A DNA stretch of 60,996 nt, taken from positions 1 through 60,996 of the forward strand of contig JBDTRK010000006.1 of the NCBI GenBank assembly GCA_039931685.1, read 5' to 3'. Source of the stretch: Betaproteobacteria bacterium (lineage in GTDB: Bacteria; Pseudomonadota; Gammaproteobacteria; Burkholderiales; JACQAP01). Positions within the stretch are counted from its first letter, which is position 1. Every line of letters starts with the position of its first letter. A program made the position numbers and the translations under genes. Under the pieces are notes generated by a model. The model was given only the letters and a program-made list of their open reading frames with translations, made no database searches and was not told the DNA's origin. Shown here in pieces: positions 29,983 to 41,501 of this stretch.

Positions 29983-31773
29983 ATGAGCAACCTCGCCCAC
30001 CCAGCCGCCCTGCCCGCCGCCGAGAAAACCGGCACGGATCGTGTTGCCATCAGCGGGGCGAAGTCGCTGCTGGATACGCTGGTCGCGCTCGGCGTGGATA
30101 CGATTTTTGGCTACCCCGGCGGCGCCGTGCTGCCGGTTTACGACGAGCTGCATGACGAGCATCGCATCCGCCATGTGCTGGTGCGCCACGAGCAGGCGGC
30201 CGTGCACGCCGCGGAAGGGTATGCGCGCTCGACCGGCAAGCCAGGCGTCGTGCTGGTGACCTCCGGCCCGGGAGTGAGCAACACCATCACCGGATTGCTG
30301 GATGCGATCTGCGATTCCGTACCGGTTATCTGCATCAGTGGCCAGGTCGCGACTCACTCTATCGGCACCGATGCATTTCAGGAATGCGATGCGCTCGGCC
30401 TGTCGCGGCCGGTGACGAAATGGAATGCGCAGATCCGCAATGCGGACCAGGTCGCCGGGCTGGTGCGCAAGGCCTACAGTGTGGCAACGCAAGGCCGGCC
30501 AGGGCCGGTGCTGCTCGATTTTCCGAAGGACATCCAGCAGGCGACCTTCAGCCCGTCGGCCGAGCGGCCCGAAGCGATCGGTGAAACACCACGCAAAGCT
30601 GTGCGTCGCGGGCGGGTGCGCGATGCCGTGGCCCTGCTGACGCAGGCGCAGCGCCCGGTGTTCTACGGCGGCGGCGGACTGATCAACTCCGGCCGCGAAG
30701 CTTGCGCCTCGTTCACGCGTCTGGTGCAGCGTACCGGCGCACCCTGCACTTTGACCCTGATGGGACTCGGCGCTTTTCCGGCGTCCGATCCTCAATTTCT
30801 CGGCATGCTCGGCATGCACGGCACGCTTGAAGCCAATCAAGCCATGCATCACGCCGACCTCGTGGTCTGTGTCGGCGCGCGCTTCGACGATCGCGTGACC
30901 GGCAAACTCAGCGAGTTCTGTCCGAACGCCAAAATAATCCATCTGGACATCGATGCGTCCTCGATCAACAAAGTCGTCAAGGCCGACGTGCCGATGGTCG
31001 GCGATTGCCTCGAGCTGCTCGAGGCATTGCATGCCGAACTGGGGGCCCATATTTTTGAAACTGATCGTCTGGGCGCATGGTGGCAGGGCATCGACCAGTG
31101 GCGCGCCGTGAATTCCCTCGGCTTCGAAACGCGCCCCGATTGCATCGCGCCTCAGCAACTGATGCAGTCGCTGCAGAACGCAGTTGCTGGACGCGACGCA
31201 ATCGTCTCGACCGACGTTGGCCAGCACCAGATGTGGGCGGCCCAGCATTTGCGCTTCGAGCAACCCAATCGCTGGCTGACTTCAGGCGGCGCCGGCACCA
31301 TGGGTTACGGCCTGCCGGCGGCGATCGGGGCCCAGATCGGCCATCCCGAAAAACTGGTCGTGTGCGTGAGCGGCGATGCATCCGTGCTGATGAACCTGCA
31401 GGAATTATCCACGGCCGTCCAGCATCGCGCCGCGGTGAAACTGGTTTTGTGCAACAACGGCTACATGGGCATGGTGCGTCAGTGGCAGGAACTCAACCAC
31501 GGCAGCCGTTACAGCCATAGCTATACCGCGGCACTGCCCGACTTCGTGGCAGTCGCGAAGGGATTCGGGTGGGACGCGCGACGCGTGACCGATCCTGCCG
31601 AGCTTGATGCTGCGATTGCGCAATGCCTGGCCAGCGACGGCCCGTTCTTTCTGGATGTGGCAGTCGCCGCGCAGGAAAACTGCTTTCCGATGATTGCCGC
31701 CGGTTGCGGCCATCATGAGGTAATGTTGAACGAAACGACGATATACCGGCCCGACGCAAATCCGGTCGCGTGA
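29983..31773 (+). CDS. ilvB: Acetolactate synthase large subunit-like ThDP enzyme
   Basis: IFGYPGGAVLP, VRHEQAA, TSGPG, GARFDDRVTG, DVGQHQMW, GDAS...NNGYMGMVRQWQ (start may be 29947). Confidence 0.9.
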   Translation: MSNLAHPAALPAAEKTGTDRVAISGAKSLLDTLVALGVDTIFGYPGGAVLPVYDELHDEHRIRHVLVRHEQAAVHAAEGYARSTGKPGVVLVTSGPGVSNTITGLLDAICDSVPVICISGQVATHSIGTDAFQECDALGLSRPVTKWNAQIRNADQVAGLVRKAYSVATQGRPGPVLLDFPKDIQQATFSPSAERPEAIGETPRKAVRRGRVRDAVALLTQAQRPVFYGGGGLINSGREACASFTRLVQRTGAPCTLTLMGLGAFPASDPQFLGMLGMHGTLEANQAMHHADLVVCVGARFDDRVTGKLSEFCPNAKIIHLDIDASSINKVVKADVPMVGDCLELLEALHAELGAHIFETDRLGAWWQGIDQWRAVNSLGFETRPDCIAPQQLMQSLQNAVAGRDAIVSTDVGQHQMWAAQHLRFEQPNRWLTSGGAGTMGYGLPAAIGAQIGHPEKLVVCVSGDASVLMNLQELSTAVQHRAAVKLVLCNNGYMGMVRQWQELNHGSRYSHSYTAALPDFVAVAKGFGWDARRVTDPAELDAAIAQCLASDGPFFLDVAVAAQENCFPMIAAGCGHHEVMLNETTIYRPDANPVA

Positions 31774-31880
31774 TCTACAACGACGTGAATTGCGCGACGG
31801 GCGACCGGTCCAACGCGTAGCAGGGGCAGCGCCCTACCCGGCCCGCAACGCCCCCGATCGAATTCCTGCAGGAGTCGAAC

Positions 31881-34800
31881 ATGCGGCAAGTTACTCTCGA
31901 AGACAAGTACGTATCGGACCAGGATCGCGTCTACCTGACCGGCATCCAGGCCCTGGTGCGCCTGGCCCTGGTACAACGCCGGCGCGACCTCGCCGCCGGT
32001 CTCAACACCGCCGGGTTCATTTCCGGTTATCGCGGCTCGCCGCTGGGCGGCCTCGACGAAGCGCTGTGGAAAGCGAAAAAGCATCTCGAGGCGCATCACG
32101 TCAAATTCCAGCCTGGCATCAACGAGGAACTTGCCGCCACCGCCGTATGGGGTTCTCAGCAAGTCGAGCAGGTTGGCGCGTCCAACTACGACGGCGTGTT
32201 CGCGCTCTGGTACGGCAAGGGGCCCGGCGTCGACCGCTGCGGCGATGTATTCAAGCACATGAATTTCGCCGGAACATCCAAGCACGGTGGCGTGCTGCTG
32301 GTCGCCGGCGACGACCACGGCGCCTACTCGTCCACCCTGCCACACCAGAGCGACCACCTGTTCTCGGCGTCGATGATTCCGGTGCTGTATCCGTGCAACG
32401 TGCAGGAATACGTCGAACTCGGGCTGCACGGCTGGGCGATGTCGCGCTTTTCCGGATGTGCCATCGGTTTCAAGGCGCTGGCCGATACCGTCGAATCGTC
32501 GGCGTCGATCGAGGCCGATCCGTTCCATGTCAAGACGCTGGTACCGACGGACTTTGCCATGCCCGAAGGCGGTCTCAATTTCCGCCTTTCCAACGATGCG
32601 CTGGGCCTGCAGGCGCGCAAGCAGGAAGCGCTGATGCAGGACTACAAGATCTATGCGGCGATGGCCTATGCGCGCCTGAACCACATCAACCGCACGACCA
32701 TCGATTCGCCTAATGCCCGACTCGGCATCATCGCGTCGGGCAAGTCCTACATGGACGTGCTCGAGGCGCTGGAAGAGCTGGGCATTACCGAAGAGAACGC
32801 AGCGCAGATCGGCATCCGCCTGTTCAAGGTATCGATGCCCTGGCCCCTGGAGCCTGACGGCGTGCGCGAATTCTCCAAGGGACTGGAAGAAATTCTGGTC
32901 GTCGAGGAAAAACGCCAGATGGTCGAATATCAGTTGAAGGAGCAACTGTATAACTGGCATCCGGACGTGCGCCCGCGTGTGATCGGCAAATTCGATGACC
33001 AGGGCGAGTGGGTACACCCACGCGGCGAATGGCTGCTGCCGGCCAAGGCGGATTTTTCCATCGCGCAGATCGCGCGTGTCATCGCCGGACGTATCGCGCG
33101 CTTCCACCAGAGCGACCTGATCAAAGCGCGCCTGACGTTCCTCGAAGCAAAGGAAGCCGTGCTGAAAAAGGCCGTCGATACGCCGCCGCGACCGGCCTAT
33201 TATTGCTCGGGCTGTCCGCACAACACCTCCACCAAGGTGCCCGAGGGCAGTCTCGCACTGGCCGGCATCGGTTGTCATGTCATGGCCACCGCGATCTATC
33301 CCGAGCACAACAAGACCACCTGCCAGATGGGCGGCGAAGGCGCAGCCTGGATTGGCCAGGCGCCGTTCTCCAAACTGCCGCACGTGTTCGCCAATCTCGG
33401 CGATGGCACCTATTTCCATTCCGGCCATCTCGCGATCCGCGCCGCGCTCGCAGCCAACGTCAACATCACCTACAAGATCCTTTACAACGATGCGGTGGCC
33501 ATGACCGGCGGGCAGCCGGTGGACGGACAGATTTCCGTCAGTCTGATCGCGCAACAGATGGCAGCAGAAGGCGTCAAACGCATTGCGGTAGTCACCGAGG
33601 ACTTGTCGCGTTACGAGGATCGCTCGCAACTGCCTGCGTCCGTCACGCTCAACGACCGCAAGGACATGGACGCCGTGCAGCGCGAACTGCGCGAGATCCA
33701 GGGCGTGTCGGTGCTGATCTACGACCAGACCTGCGCGGCGGAAAAACGCCGGCGCCGCAAGAAGGGCGAGTATCCGAAAGCCACGCAGCGAGTGTTCATC
33801 AACGAAGCGGTGTGCGAGGGCTGCGGCGACTGCGGCGTGCAGTCCAACTGCACCTCGATCCTGCCGGTGGAAACCGAATTCGGCCGCAAGCGCGCAATCG
33901 ACCAGTCGTCCTGCAACCAGGATTACTCCTGCGTGAAAGGCTTCTGCCCGAGCTTTGTCACTATCGAGGGTGGCGCACCAAGGAAGTCACGCGCCGCCAA
34001 GCAGGTTCTGCCCGCGCAACTGGAAGCGTTGCCGGCGGCCGCAATTGCGCCACTGAAGGATTCGCCCTACAACATCCTGATCACCGGCATCGGCGGCACC
34101 GGCGTCATCACCATCGGCGCCTTGCTCGGCATGGCAGCGCACCTGGAAGGCAAGGGCACTTCGGCGCTGGACATGACGGGCATGTCGCAGAAGAACGGCG
34201 CGGTCACGTCTCACGTGCGCATCGCGCGCTCACCCGAAGGCATTCGCGCCCAGCGCATCGCCACCGGCGAGGCGGATTTGGTCCTGGGCTGTGACATGCT
34301 GACCGCCGGCGCGCATGACGCCATCGCCAAGACCCGCCCCGGACGCACCGTGGCCGTCATCAACACCCACCAGCAACCGCCGGGACCGTTTGCGCAGAAT
34401 CCCGACTGGCAGTTTCCGGCGCAACAGATCCGCGCCCTGATCGAGGAATCGGTCAGCGGCCACTCATATTTCATCGATGCCACAGGCCTGGCCACCGCGC
34501 TGTTGGGCGATTCGATCGCCACCAATTTGTTCATGCTCGGCTTCGCATTTCAGAAAGGACTCATTCCGTTGCAGGAGGCGTCCATCCTGCGCGCCATCGA
34601 ACTCAACGGCGTGGCGGTCGAAGCGAATCAACAGGCATTTCTCTGGGGCAGACGCGCTGCGGTCAGCCTGGAGCAGGTGGAGAACATCGCCCTGCCACCC
34701 AAGCCGGTCGTCGTGCAGATGCCGCAGAACCTGGAAACCCTGGTCCGCCGTCGCGTCGCATTTCTCACTGAATACCAGAACGGCACGTACGCAACGCAGT

Positions 34801-35378
34801 ACGAAGACCTTGTGACCAAGGCGCGCGAAGCCGAGTCGAGTCTCGGCGCCGGCGATGCCCTGAGCAAAGCCGTGGCCAAATACCTGTTCAAGTTGATGGC
34901 GTACAAGGACGAGTATGAAGTCGCCCGGCTCTACAGCAACGGAGATTTCGAAAAACGACTGAACGCTGCTTTCGAAGGCGATTACAAGGTCACCTATAAC
35001 CTGGCGCCGCCGCTGTTTTCCAAGCGCGACGCCCAGGGTCATCTGATCAAGTCGCGCTACGGCGCCTGGATGCGCGTGGCGTTCAAGGTTCTGGCCAGGT
35101 TAAAGGGCTTGCGCGGCACATCGTTCGATCCGTTCGGTCGTAGTGCAGAACGCAAGATGGAGCGCCAACTGATCCGCGACTACGAAGCGCAACTCACGGA
35201 AATGCTGCCGAATCTTTCGCAAAAGAACTATCGTACGGCCGTCGAACTGGCAACGCTGCCGGAGCGCATCCGTGGCTTCGGGCACGTCAAGCATGAGCAT
35301 CTTGTGGCGGTGTCCGCCGAGCGCGAACGGCTGCTACGGCAATTACGCCACGGCGCCAGCGTCGACATTGCAGCCTGA
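31881..35378 (+). CDS. Indolepyruvate ferredoxin oxidoreductase family, fused single chain
   Basis: GYRGSPLGG, YCSGCPHN, GDGTYFHSG, CEGCGDC...C ferredoxin motif, GIGGTGV, LMAYKDEYEVARLY. Confidence 0.94.
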   Translation: MRQVTLEDKYVSDQDRVYLTGIQALVRLALVQRRRDLAAGLNTAGFISGYRGSPLGGLDEALWKAKKHLEAHHVKFQPGINEELAATAVWGSQQVEQVGASNYDGVFALWYGKGPGVDRCGDVFKHMNFAGTSKHGGVLLVAGDDHGAYSSTLPHQSDHLFSASMIPVLYPCNVQEYVELGLHGWAMSRFSGCAIGFKALADTVESSASIEADPFHVKTLVPTDFAMPEGGLNFRLSNDALGLQARKQEALMQDYKIYAAMAYARLNHINRTTIDSPNARLGIIASGKSYMDVLEALEELGITEENAAQIGIRLFKVSMPWPLEPDGVREFSKGLEEILVVEEKRQMVEYQLKEQLYNWHPDVRPRVIGKFDDQGEWVHPRGEWLLPAKADFSIAQIARVIAGRIARFHQSDLIKARLTFLEAKEAVLKKAVDTPPRPAYYCSGCPHNTSTKVPEGSLALAGIGCHVMATAIYPEHNKTTCQMGGEGAAWIGQAPFSKLPHVFANLGDGTYFHSGHLAIRAALAANVNITYKILYNDAVAMTGGQPVDGQISVSLIAQQMAAEGVKRIAVVTEDLSRYEDRSQLPASVTLNDRKDMDAVQRELREIQGVSVLIYDQTCAAEKRRRRKKGEYPKATQRVFINEAVCEGCGDCGVQSNCTSILPVETEFGRKRAIDQSSCNQDYSCVKGFCPSFVTIEGGAPRKSRAAKQVLPAQLEALPAAAIAPLKDSPYNILITGIGGTGVITIGALLGMAAHLEGKGTSALDMTGMSQKNGAVTSHVRIARSPEGIRAQRIATGEADLVLGCDMLTAGAHDAIAKTRPGRTVAVINTHQQPPGPFAQNPDWQFPAQQIRALIEESVSGHSYFIDATGLATALLGDSIATNLFMLGFAFQKGLIPLQEASILRAIELNGVAVEANQQAFLWGRRAAVSLEQVENIALPPKPVVVQMPQNLETLVRRRVAFLTEYQNGTYATQYEDLVTKAREAESSLGAGDALSKAVAKYLFKLMAYKDEYEVARLYSNGDFEKRLNAAFEGDYKVTYNLAPPLFSKRDAQGHLIKSRYGAWMRVAFKVLARLKGLRGTSFDPFGRSAERKMERQLIRDYEAQLTEMLPNLSQKNYRTAVELATLPERIRGFGHVKHEHLVAVSAERERLLRQLRHGASVDIAA

Positions 35379-35480
35379 AGACGAGCGCGCGCCAGACATT
35401 TACACTAACGTAGCCGGATAATCACCAATTCGCAATCCTGGTCCGCACCAGGATGCATTGAATCGCAGGGAGCGAAATTC

Positions 35481-38400
35481 ATGACCGACTTGAGCCAGCA
35501 GCCCGCCGACCAGAAAGGCCGGGCAGCACACAAGATCCGCTTTGTCACCGCGGCCAGTCTGTTCGACGGCCACGATGCGTCGATCAACATCATGCGCCGC
35601 ATCCTGCAAGCCAGCGGCGTCGAGGTCATCCACCTCGGTCACAACCGTTCCGTCGATGAAATCGTCAATGCCGCGATCCAGGAGGATGTGCAAGGCATTG
35701 CCATCTCCTCGTACCAGGGCGGCCATGTCGAATACTTCAAGTACACCATCGACCTGCTGCGCGAACGCGGCGGCGAGCACATCAAGGTATTCGGCGGCGG
35801 CGGCGGCGTGATCGTGCCGGAGGAAATCGAAGAACTGCACAGGTACGGAGTGGCCCGCATATATTCGCCGGAAGACGGCGCCCGCATGGGCCTGCAAGGC
35901 ATGATCACGGACATGATCCGTACCGCGGACCGCGACCTGTCCGCTGAACTGCCTGCCAACCTCGACGAATTGTTCCGCGGCAATGCCCGTGCGCTGGCGC
36001 GCGTCATTACCGGGCTGGAAAACGCCACCCTACCGGAAGCGATGAAGAAGAACCTGGTCGCCCAGGCCACGCGCAACGATGCCGTACCGGTGCTGGGCAT
36101 CACCGGCACGGGTGGGTCCGGCAAGTCGTCACTGACCGACGAGTTGATCCGGCGCTTTCGCATCGACCAGGGCGACGCGCTGAAAATCGCCGTAATCGCC
36201 GTGGATCCGTCACGGCGCAAGACCGGCGGTGCGTTGCTCGGCGATCGCATCCGCATGAATTCGATCAACCACCCGAACATCTATATGCGTTCGCTGGCCA
36301 CCCGCGACGCAGGCAGCGAAATCGCCGCCTGCCTGCCGGATGTCATCGCCGCCTGCAAGTGCGCGGGATTCGACCTGGTACTGGTCGAGACGTCCGGCAT
36401 CGGGCAGGGCGACGCCGCCATCGTGCCTCACGTCGATTTTTCGCTGTATGTGATGACACCGGAATTTGGCGCCGCCAGCCAGCTCGAAAAAATCGACATG
36501 CTCGATTTCGCGGATTTCGTCGCCATCAACAAGTTCGACCGGCGCGGCGCGCAGGATGCGCTGCGCGACGTGCGCAAGCAGATGCAACGCAATCGCAGCG
36601 CCTTTACGCTGGCTACCGATACCATGCCGGTATTTGGCACCATTGCCTCGCGCTTCAACGATGACGGCGTGACCGCGCTTTATCAGGGCATCGCCGCGGA
36701 ACTGAAGGCGCGCGGCCTCAAGGCTGTCGACGGAAAGTTGAAGCCGATCCAGTTGAAAGCGTCTTCCGGCCAGAACGTCATCGTTCCGCCGGCACGGTCA
36801 CGTTATCTGGCCGAAATCGCCGAAACGGTGCGCGGCTACCACGCCGATGTCGCCCGGCAGGCGAAGACCGCACGCGAGCGCCAGCAGCTACGCGAAGCGC
36901 GGCGCATGCTCGACACCGCGAAGAAATCGTCTTCCGACCTTGATCCGCTGATCGCGGAGCGCGACAAGGGGCTCAGTGCCGAAGCGAAGGCGCTGCTCGA
37001 TGGATGGCCGCAGGTCAGGCAGGCTTATTCGGGCGACGAACAAGTCACCAAGGTTCGCGACCGCGAGATTCGCACCACGCTTCGCACCACATCGTTATCC
37101 GGCACCAAGGTGCCGAAAGTGGCTTTGCCGAAATTCGAGGACGACGGTGAGATGCTCAAGTGGTTGATGCGGGAAAACCTGCCCGGCTATTTCCCTTATA
37201 CCGCCGGCGTCTTCCCGTTCAAGCGCGAGAACGAGGACCCGACGCGCATGTTCGCCGGGGAAGGCGATCCATTCCGCACTAATGCACGCTTCAAATTCCT
37301 GTCCCGCGACATGCCCGCCAAACGGCTGTCAACCGCCTTCGACTCGGTGACGCTGTATGGCTTCGACCCGCATGAGCGTCCGGATATTTACGGCAAGGTC
37401 GGCAATTCCGGCGTGTCGATCGCAACGCTTGACGACATGAAGGTTCTCTATTCCGGTTTCGACCTGTGCGACCCGGCTACATCGGTGTCGATGACCATCA
37501 ATGGCCCAGCGCCGACCATCCTGGCGATGTTCATCAACACCGCGATCGATCAGCAGGTCGACAAATTCGTTGCCCAGCACGGCCGCCAGCCGAACGAGCA
37601 GGAAAGCGCAAAGATTCTCACCTGGGCACAGGAGAACGTGCGCGGCACCGTGCAGGCCGACATTCTCAAGGAAGACCAGGGACAGAACACCTGCATCTTC
37701 TCGACCGAGTTCTCGCTCAAGGTCATGGGCGACATCCAGGAATATTTCGTGCGCAACCGGGTGCGTAATTTTTATTCCGTGTCGATCTCCGGTTATCACA
37801 TCGCCGAGGCCGGCGCGAACCCGATCTCGCAGCTTGCCTTCACGCTGTCGAACGGCTTTACCTTCGTCGAGGCCTACCTGGCACGCGGCATGAATATCGA
37901 CGACTTCGCGCCGAACCTGTCCTTCTTTTTCTCCAACGGCATGGACCCGGAGTACACGGTGCTCGGGCGCGTGGCGCGACGCATCTGGGCCACGTCCATG
38001 AAGAACAAATACGGTGCCAACGACCGCAGCCAGAAGCTCAAGTACCACGTGCAGACTTCCGGCCGCTCGCTGCACGCGCAGGAAATAGCGTTCAATGACA
38101 TCCGCACCACACTGCAGGCACTGATCGCGATCTACGACAACTGCAATTCCTTGCACACCAACGCCTACGACGAGGCTATCACGACACCGACCGCTGAGTC
38201 CGTGCGGCGCGCCCTGGCCATCCAGCTCGTCATCAACCGCGAGTGGGGCCTGGCGAAGAACGAAAACCCCAACCAGGGCTCTTTCATCATCGACGAGCTG
38301 ACCGACCTGGTCGAAGAGGCCGTGCTGCAGGAATTCGAACGCATCTCGGAGCGCGGTGGCGTGCTTGGCGCCATGGAGACCGGCTATCAGCGTGGCAAGA

Positions 38401-38741
38401 TCCAGGAAGAGTCGATGTACTACGAGCACAAGAAGCACGACGGCTCTTACCCGATCATAGGCGTGAACACCTTCCGCAATCCGGACGCAGCCGAGGCCGG
38501 TGGCAGCATCCCGCTGCAGCGCTCGACCGAAGAGGAAAAGCAAGGTCAGATCCGCCGGCTGCGCGAGTTCCAGGCCCGCCACGCCGGCGAAGCCCCGGCG
38601 GCGCTGGCGAAACTGCGCCAGACCGTGATTGACAACGGCAACGTGTTTGCCGAGTTGGTGAACGCAGTGCGGGTCTGCTCGCTCGGCCAGATCACCGATG
38701 CATTATTCGAAGTCGGCGGACAATACCGCCGCAGCATGTAA
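35481..38741 (+). CDS. icmF: Fused isobutyryl-CoA mutase / MeaI GTPase (B12-dependent)
   Basis: FDGHD B12-binding domain, [10 protein letters not shown]-loop, [32 protein letters not shown]. Confidence 0.96.
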   Translation: MTDLSQQPADQKGRAAHKIRFVTAASLFDGHDASINIMRRILQASGVEVIHLGHNRSVDEIVNAAIQEDVQGIAISSYQGGHVEYFKYTIDLLRERGGEHIKVFGGGGGVIVPEEIEELHRYGVARIYSPEDGARMGLQGMITDMIRTADRDLSAELPANLDELFRGNARALARVITGLENATLPEAMKKNLVAQATRNDAVPVLGITGTGGSGKSSLTDELIRRFRIDQGDALKIAVIAVDPSRRKTGGALLGDRIRMNSINHPNIYMRSLATRDAGSEIAACLPDVIAACKCAGFDLVLVETSGIGQGDAAIVPHVDFSLYVMTPEFGAASQLEKIDMLDFADFVAINKFDRRGAQDALRDVRKQMQRNRSAFTLATDTMPVFGTIASRFNDDGVTALYQGIAAELKARGLKAVDGKLKPIQLKASSGQNVIVPPARSRYLAEIAETVRGYHADVARQAKTARERQQLREARRMLDTAKKSSSDLDPLIAERDKGLSAEAKALLDGWPQVRQAYSGDEQVTKVRDREIRTTLRTTSLSGTKVPKVALPKFEDDGEMLKWLMRENLPGYFPYTAGVFPFKRENEDPTRMFAGEGDPFRTNARFKFLSRDMPAKRLSTAFDSVTLYGFDPHERPDIYGKVGNSGVSIATLDDMKVLYSGFDLCDPATSVSMTINGPAPTILAMFINTAIDQQVDKFVAQHGRQPNEQESAKILTWAQENVRGTVQADILKEDQGQNTCIFSTEFSLKVMGDIQEYFVRNRVRNFYSVSISGYHIAEAGANPISQLAFTLSNGFTFVEAYLARGMNIDDFAPNLSFFFSNGMDPEYTVLGRVARRIWATSMKNKYGANDRSQKLKYHVQTSGRSLHAQEIAFNDIRTTLQALIAIYDNCNSLHTNAYDEAITTPTAESVRRALAIQLVINREWGLAKNENPNQGSFIIDELTDLVEEAVLQEFERISERGGVLGAMETGYQRGKIQEESMYYEHKKHDGSYPIIGVNTFRNPDAAEAGGSIPLQRSTEEEKQGQIRRLREFQARHAGEAPAALAKLRQTVIDNGNVFAELVNAVRVCSLGQITDALFEVGGQYRRSM

Positions 38742-38765
38742 TTGCCATACACAGGAGAGGAGTAA

Positions 38766-39089
38766 ATGTCAGATTTTCAACTTAACCATCTCAACATCCC
38801 CGCGCGCGACCCGGAGAATCTGGTGCGTTGGTACGCACAGACTTTCGGTCTGAAAGCAGACGGCCACAAAGTGCGCGGTCCCGGCGTGCTGATCGCCTTC
38901 CAACCGGGCGAGCCCGTCAAGCGCGCACCCGAATTGCACCTCGGGTTCCAGGTGCCGGACAACAAGCGGCTGGCCGACTGGGCAAAGAAGTTCGGTGCAA
39001 CGATCAACCAGGGCGAGGAATTCAATGCCTTCAAGACCTTCGACCCGGAAGAAAATTGCCTGGAGCTGTATTGCGACAAGAACAGTTGA
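38766..39089 (+). CDS. VOC/glyoxalase family protein
   Basis: LNHLNIPARD...WY...FG, LHLGF.V, FDPEENCLEL; GGAG RBS. Confidence 0.85.
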   Translation: MSDFQLNHLNIPARDPENLVRWYAQTFGLKADGHKVRGPGVLIAFQPGEPVKRAPELHLGFQVPDNKRLADWAKKFGATINQGEEFNAFKTFDPEENCLELYCDKNS

Positions 39090-39213
39090 GCCGAGTGGAA
39101 TACGGGCGCGGGGACGCCTTGGACATGCGCAAGCGGGCCATTGCGCATTATTTCTGTATCGCTTTGGTCACGACTTACCGATACTGATTCGAAATCTGTA
39201 CCCAGTTTGCGTC

Positions 39214-39245
39214 AAAGCCTGCCTCTTCAGAGGCGGGCTTTTTTT
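39214..39245 (+). terminator. Intrinsic terminator
   Basis: AAAGCCTGCCTCT-TC-AGAGGCGGGC-T7. Confidence 0.8.
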
Positions 39246-39418
39246 CGGACTTATCAATAGTGCCACCGGGCGCTGCTCATGCACGCCGGGTCGGCGAGAA
39301 GCAGCCTCTCTATCGCGAATCGGACCGGGTCGCCGCAGGCGACGAGACAAAGGGGGCGTGAAGGTGATACAAATGCCGAGAGTCGAAAAAATTCATAAGA
39401 AGGCACGGAGGAGCACGC

Positions 39419-41383
39419 TTGGCGCAGTCGCATTCCAGTAGCAATGGCAACGCTGACACCTTTCCCTCGCTTCTGCTGCAGCACGCCAGAAAGCAGGGAA
39501 ACCACACCGCCATTCGCGAGAAACATCTCGGCATCTGGCAAAGCTGGACTTGGGCGCAGGTCGGCAACGAGGTACGCGCGCTTGCCTGTGGCCTGGCGGC
39601 ACAGGGCTTCAAGCGCGGCATGAACCTGGCCATCATCGGCGACAATCGTCCCCGCCTGTACTGGTCGTTCACCGCAGCGCAATGCCTGGGCGGCGTTCCG
39701 GTGCCGATGTATCAGGATGCCGTGGCGCAGGAAATGCTGTTCGTGCTCGACAATGCCGAGATCGAGTTCGCCATCGTCGAGGACCAGGAGCAGGTCGACA
39801 AGCTGTTGGAGATCCTGCCGCAGTATCCTAACCTCAAACACATCTTCTACGACGATCCGCGTGGGCTGCGCAATTACGACCAGCGACAACTGATGTCTTA
39901 CGACCGGCTGCGCGAAATCGGCCGGGAGTTCGACCGCAAGGACCCGGGATTTTTCGAGCGCGCCATCGGCGAAATCAGGCCGGATGACACCTGTGTAATG
40001 CTCTATACCTCGGGCACCACCGGCAAACCCAAGGGCGTCTGCCACACCCATTCGGGGTTCATCGCCGCTGCCCGGGGCGACGTCGAATTCGACGGCTTCA
40101 ATCCGTCCGACGAAGTCCTTTCCTACCTGCCGATGGCTTGGGTCGGCGATCACCTGTTCTCCTATGCGCAGGCCCTGGTCGCGGGCTTCACGGTCAATTG
40201 CCCGGAGTCGCCGGAAACGGCGATGAACGACTTGCGCGAGATCGGACCGACGTATTATTTTGCGCCGCCACGCGTCTTTGAAAACCTGCTCACCACGGTC
40301 ATGATCCGCATGGACGACGCCAGTCGCATCAAGCGCGGCCTGTTCCGCTATTTCATGGGCGTGGCGAGACGCTGCGGCATGCAAATCATGGAGGGCAAGC
40401 CGGTCGCATTTGGCGATCGGCTGCTGTACGCGCTCGGCGGCCTGCTGGTCTACGGCCCACTGCGCAACATCCTCGGTATGAGCCGCATCCGTGTCGCCTA
40501 TACCGGCGGGGCCGCGATCGGACCGGACCTGTACCGCTTCTACCGCTCGATCGGCATCAATCTCAAGCAGCTGTACGGCCAGACCGAAACCAGCGTGTAC
40601 GTGTGCAAGCAGCAGGATGGCCGTGCCAAGCTCGACACGGTCGGACAGCGCTTGCCCGGCGTCGAAATCCGCATTGCCCAAAACGGCGAAGTCCAAGTCA
40701 GGACCCCCGGCATGCTCAAGGAGTACTACAAGCGCCCCGATGCGACGGCGGAATCGATATCCGCCGACGGCTATTTCCTGACTGGCGATGCCGGTTTCTT
40801 CGATGCCGACGGCGACCTCAAGATCATCGACCGTGCCAGCGACGTCGGCAGGCTCGCGGACGGTTCCATGTTTGCCCCGCAGTTCATCGAGAATAAACTC
40901 AAGTTCTTCCCGTATATCAAGGAGGCGGTCTGTTTTGGCGACCGTCGCGACATGGTGTGCACCTTCATCAACATCGACCTGCAGGCGGTCGGCAACTGGG
41001 CGGAAAAGCGCAATCTGGCCTATACCGGCTACCTCGACCTGACGTCCCGGACTGAGGTCTATGACCTCATGCTCAAATGCATCGAGCAAGTGAACGCCGA
41101 TCTTGCCGGCGAGGCGCAGTTGGCCGGTTCGCAGGTGAGGCGTTTCCTGATCCTGCACAAGGAACTCGATGCCGACGACGACGAGCTCACGCGCACGCGC
41201 AAGGTCCGTCGCGCCTTTGTCGCGCAGAAATATGCGCCGCTGGTCGATGCGCTGTATTCCGGCCAGGGCCATTGCCGCATCGCGACCGAAGTGAAGTTCG
41301 AAGATGGCCGGCGCGGCACGATCGAGGCCGATATCTCAATTCGCGATGCGAAAACCAGCCTTCAGCCCACGAAGGCGGCGTGA
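39419..41383 (+). CDS. Long-chain acyl-CoA synthetase (AMP-binding)
   Basis: IREKHLGIWQ, YTSGTTGKPKG, YGQTE, TGDAG, ELTRTRKVRR; GGAGGAG RBS before TTG. Confidence 0.93.
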   Translation: MAQSHSSSNGNADTFPSLLLQHARKQGNHTAIREKHLGIWQSWTWAQVGNEVRALACGLAAQGFKRGMNLAIIGDNRPRLYWSFTAAQCLGGVPVPMYQDAVAQEMLFVLDNAEIEFAIVEDQEQVDKLLEILPQYPNLKHIFYDDPRGLRNYDQRQLMSYDRLREIGREFDRKDPGFFERAIGEIRPDDTCVMLYTSGTTGKPKGVCHTHSGFIAAARGDVEFDGFNPSDEVLSYLPMAWVGDHLFSYAQALVAGFTVNCPESPETAMNDLREIGPTYYFAPPRVFENLLTTVMIRMDDASRIKRGLFRYFMGVARRCGMQIMEGKPVAFGDRLLYALGGLLVYGPLRNILGMSRIRVAYTGGAAIGPDLYRFYRSIGINLKQLYGQTETSVYVCKQQDGRAKLDTVGQRLPGVEIRIAQNGEVQVRTPGMLKEYYKRPDATAESISADGYFLTGDAGFFDADGDLKIIDRASDVGRLADGSMFAPQFIENKLKFFPYIKEAVCFGDRRDMVCTFINIDLQAVGNWAEKRNLAYTGYLDLTSRTEVYDLMLKCIEQVNADLAGEAQLAGSQVRRFLILHKELDADDDELTRTRKVRRAFVAQKYAPLVDALYSGQGHCRIATEVKFEDGRRGTIEADISIRDAKTSLQPTKAA

Positions 41384-41501
41384 AAGCGATGATGCGTCGA
41401 TGCCTGACCCATTGTTCCACTGCTTTACGCAGTTATGGTCGAAGACCGCAGTCCGCAGAACCCCGCGCGCTCCCACTCACGCGCTCACATGCATTTGAAC
41501 C

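Noticed and set aside
35379-35480. Cobalamin riboswitch before icmF
   Set aside because: The spacer is short and no B12-box motif was recognised.
35481-38741. Pivalyl-CoA mutase or methylmalonyl-CoA mutase
   Set aside because: Fused GTPase architecture and the Phe in RMFAGEG fit standard IcmF.
41384-41501. Weak periodicity (GACCGCA GTCCGCA; CACTCACGCGCTCAC) in the ligase-livG spacer
   Set aside because: Too degenerate to assign to the repeat families.
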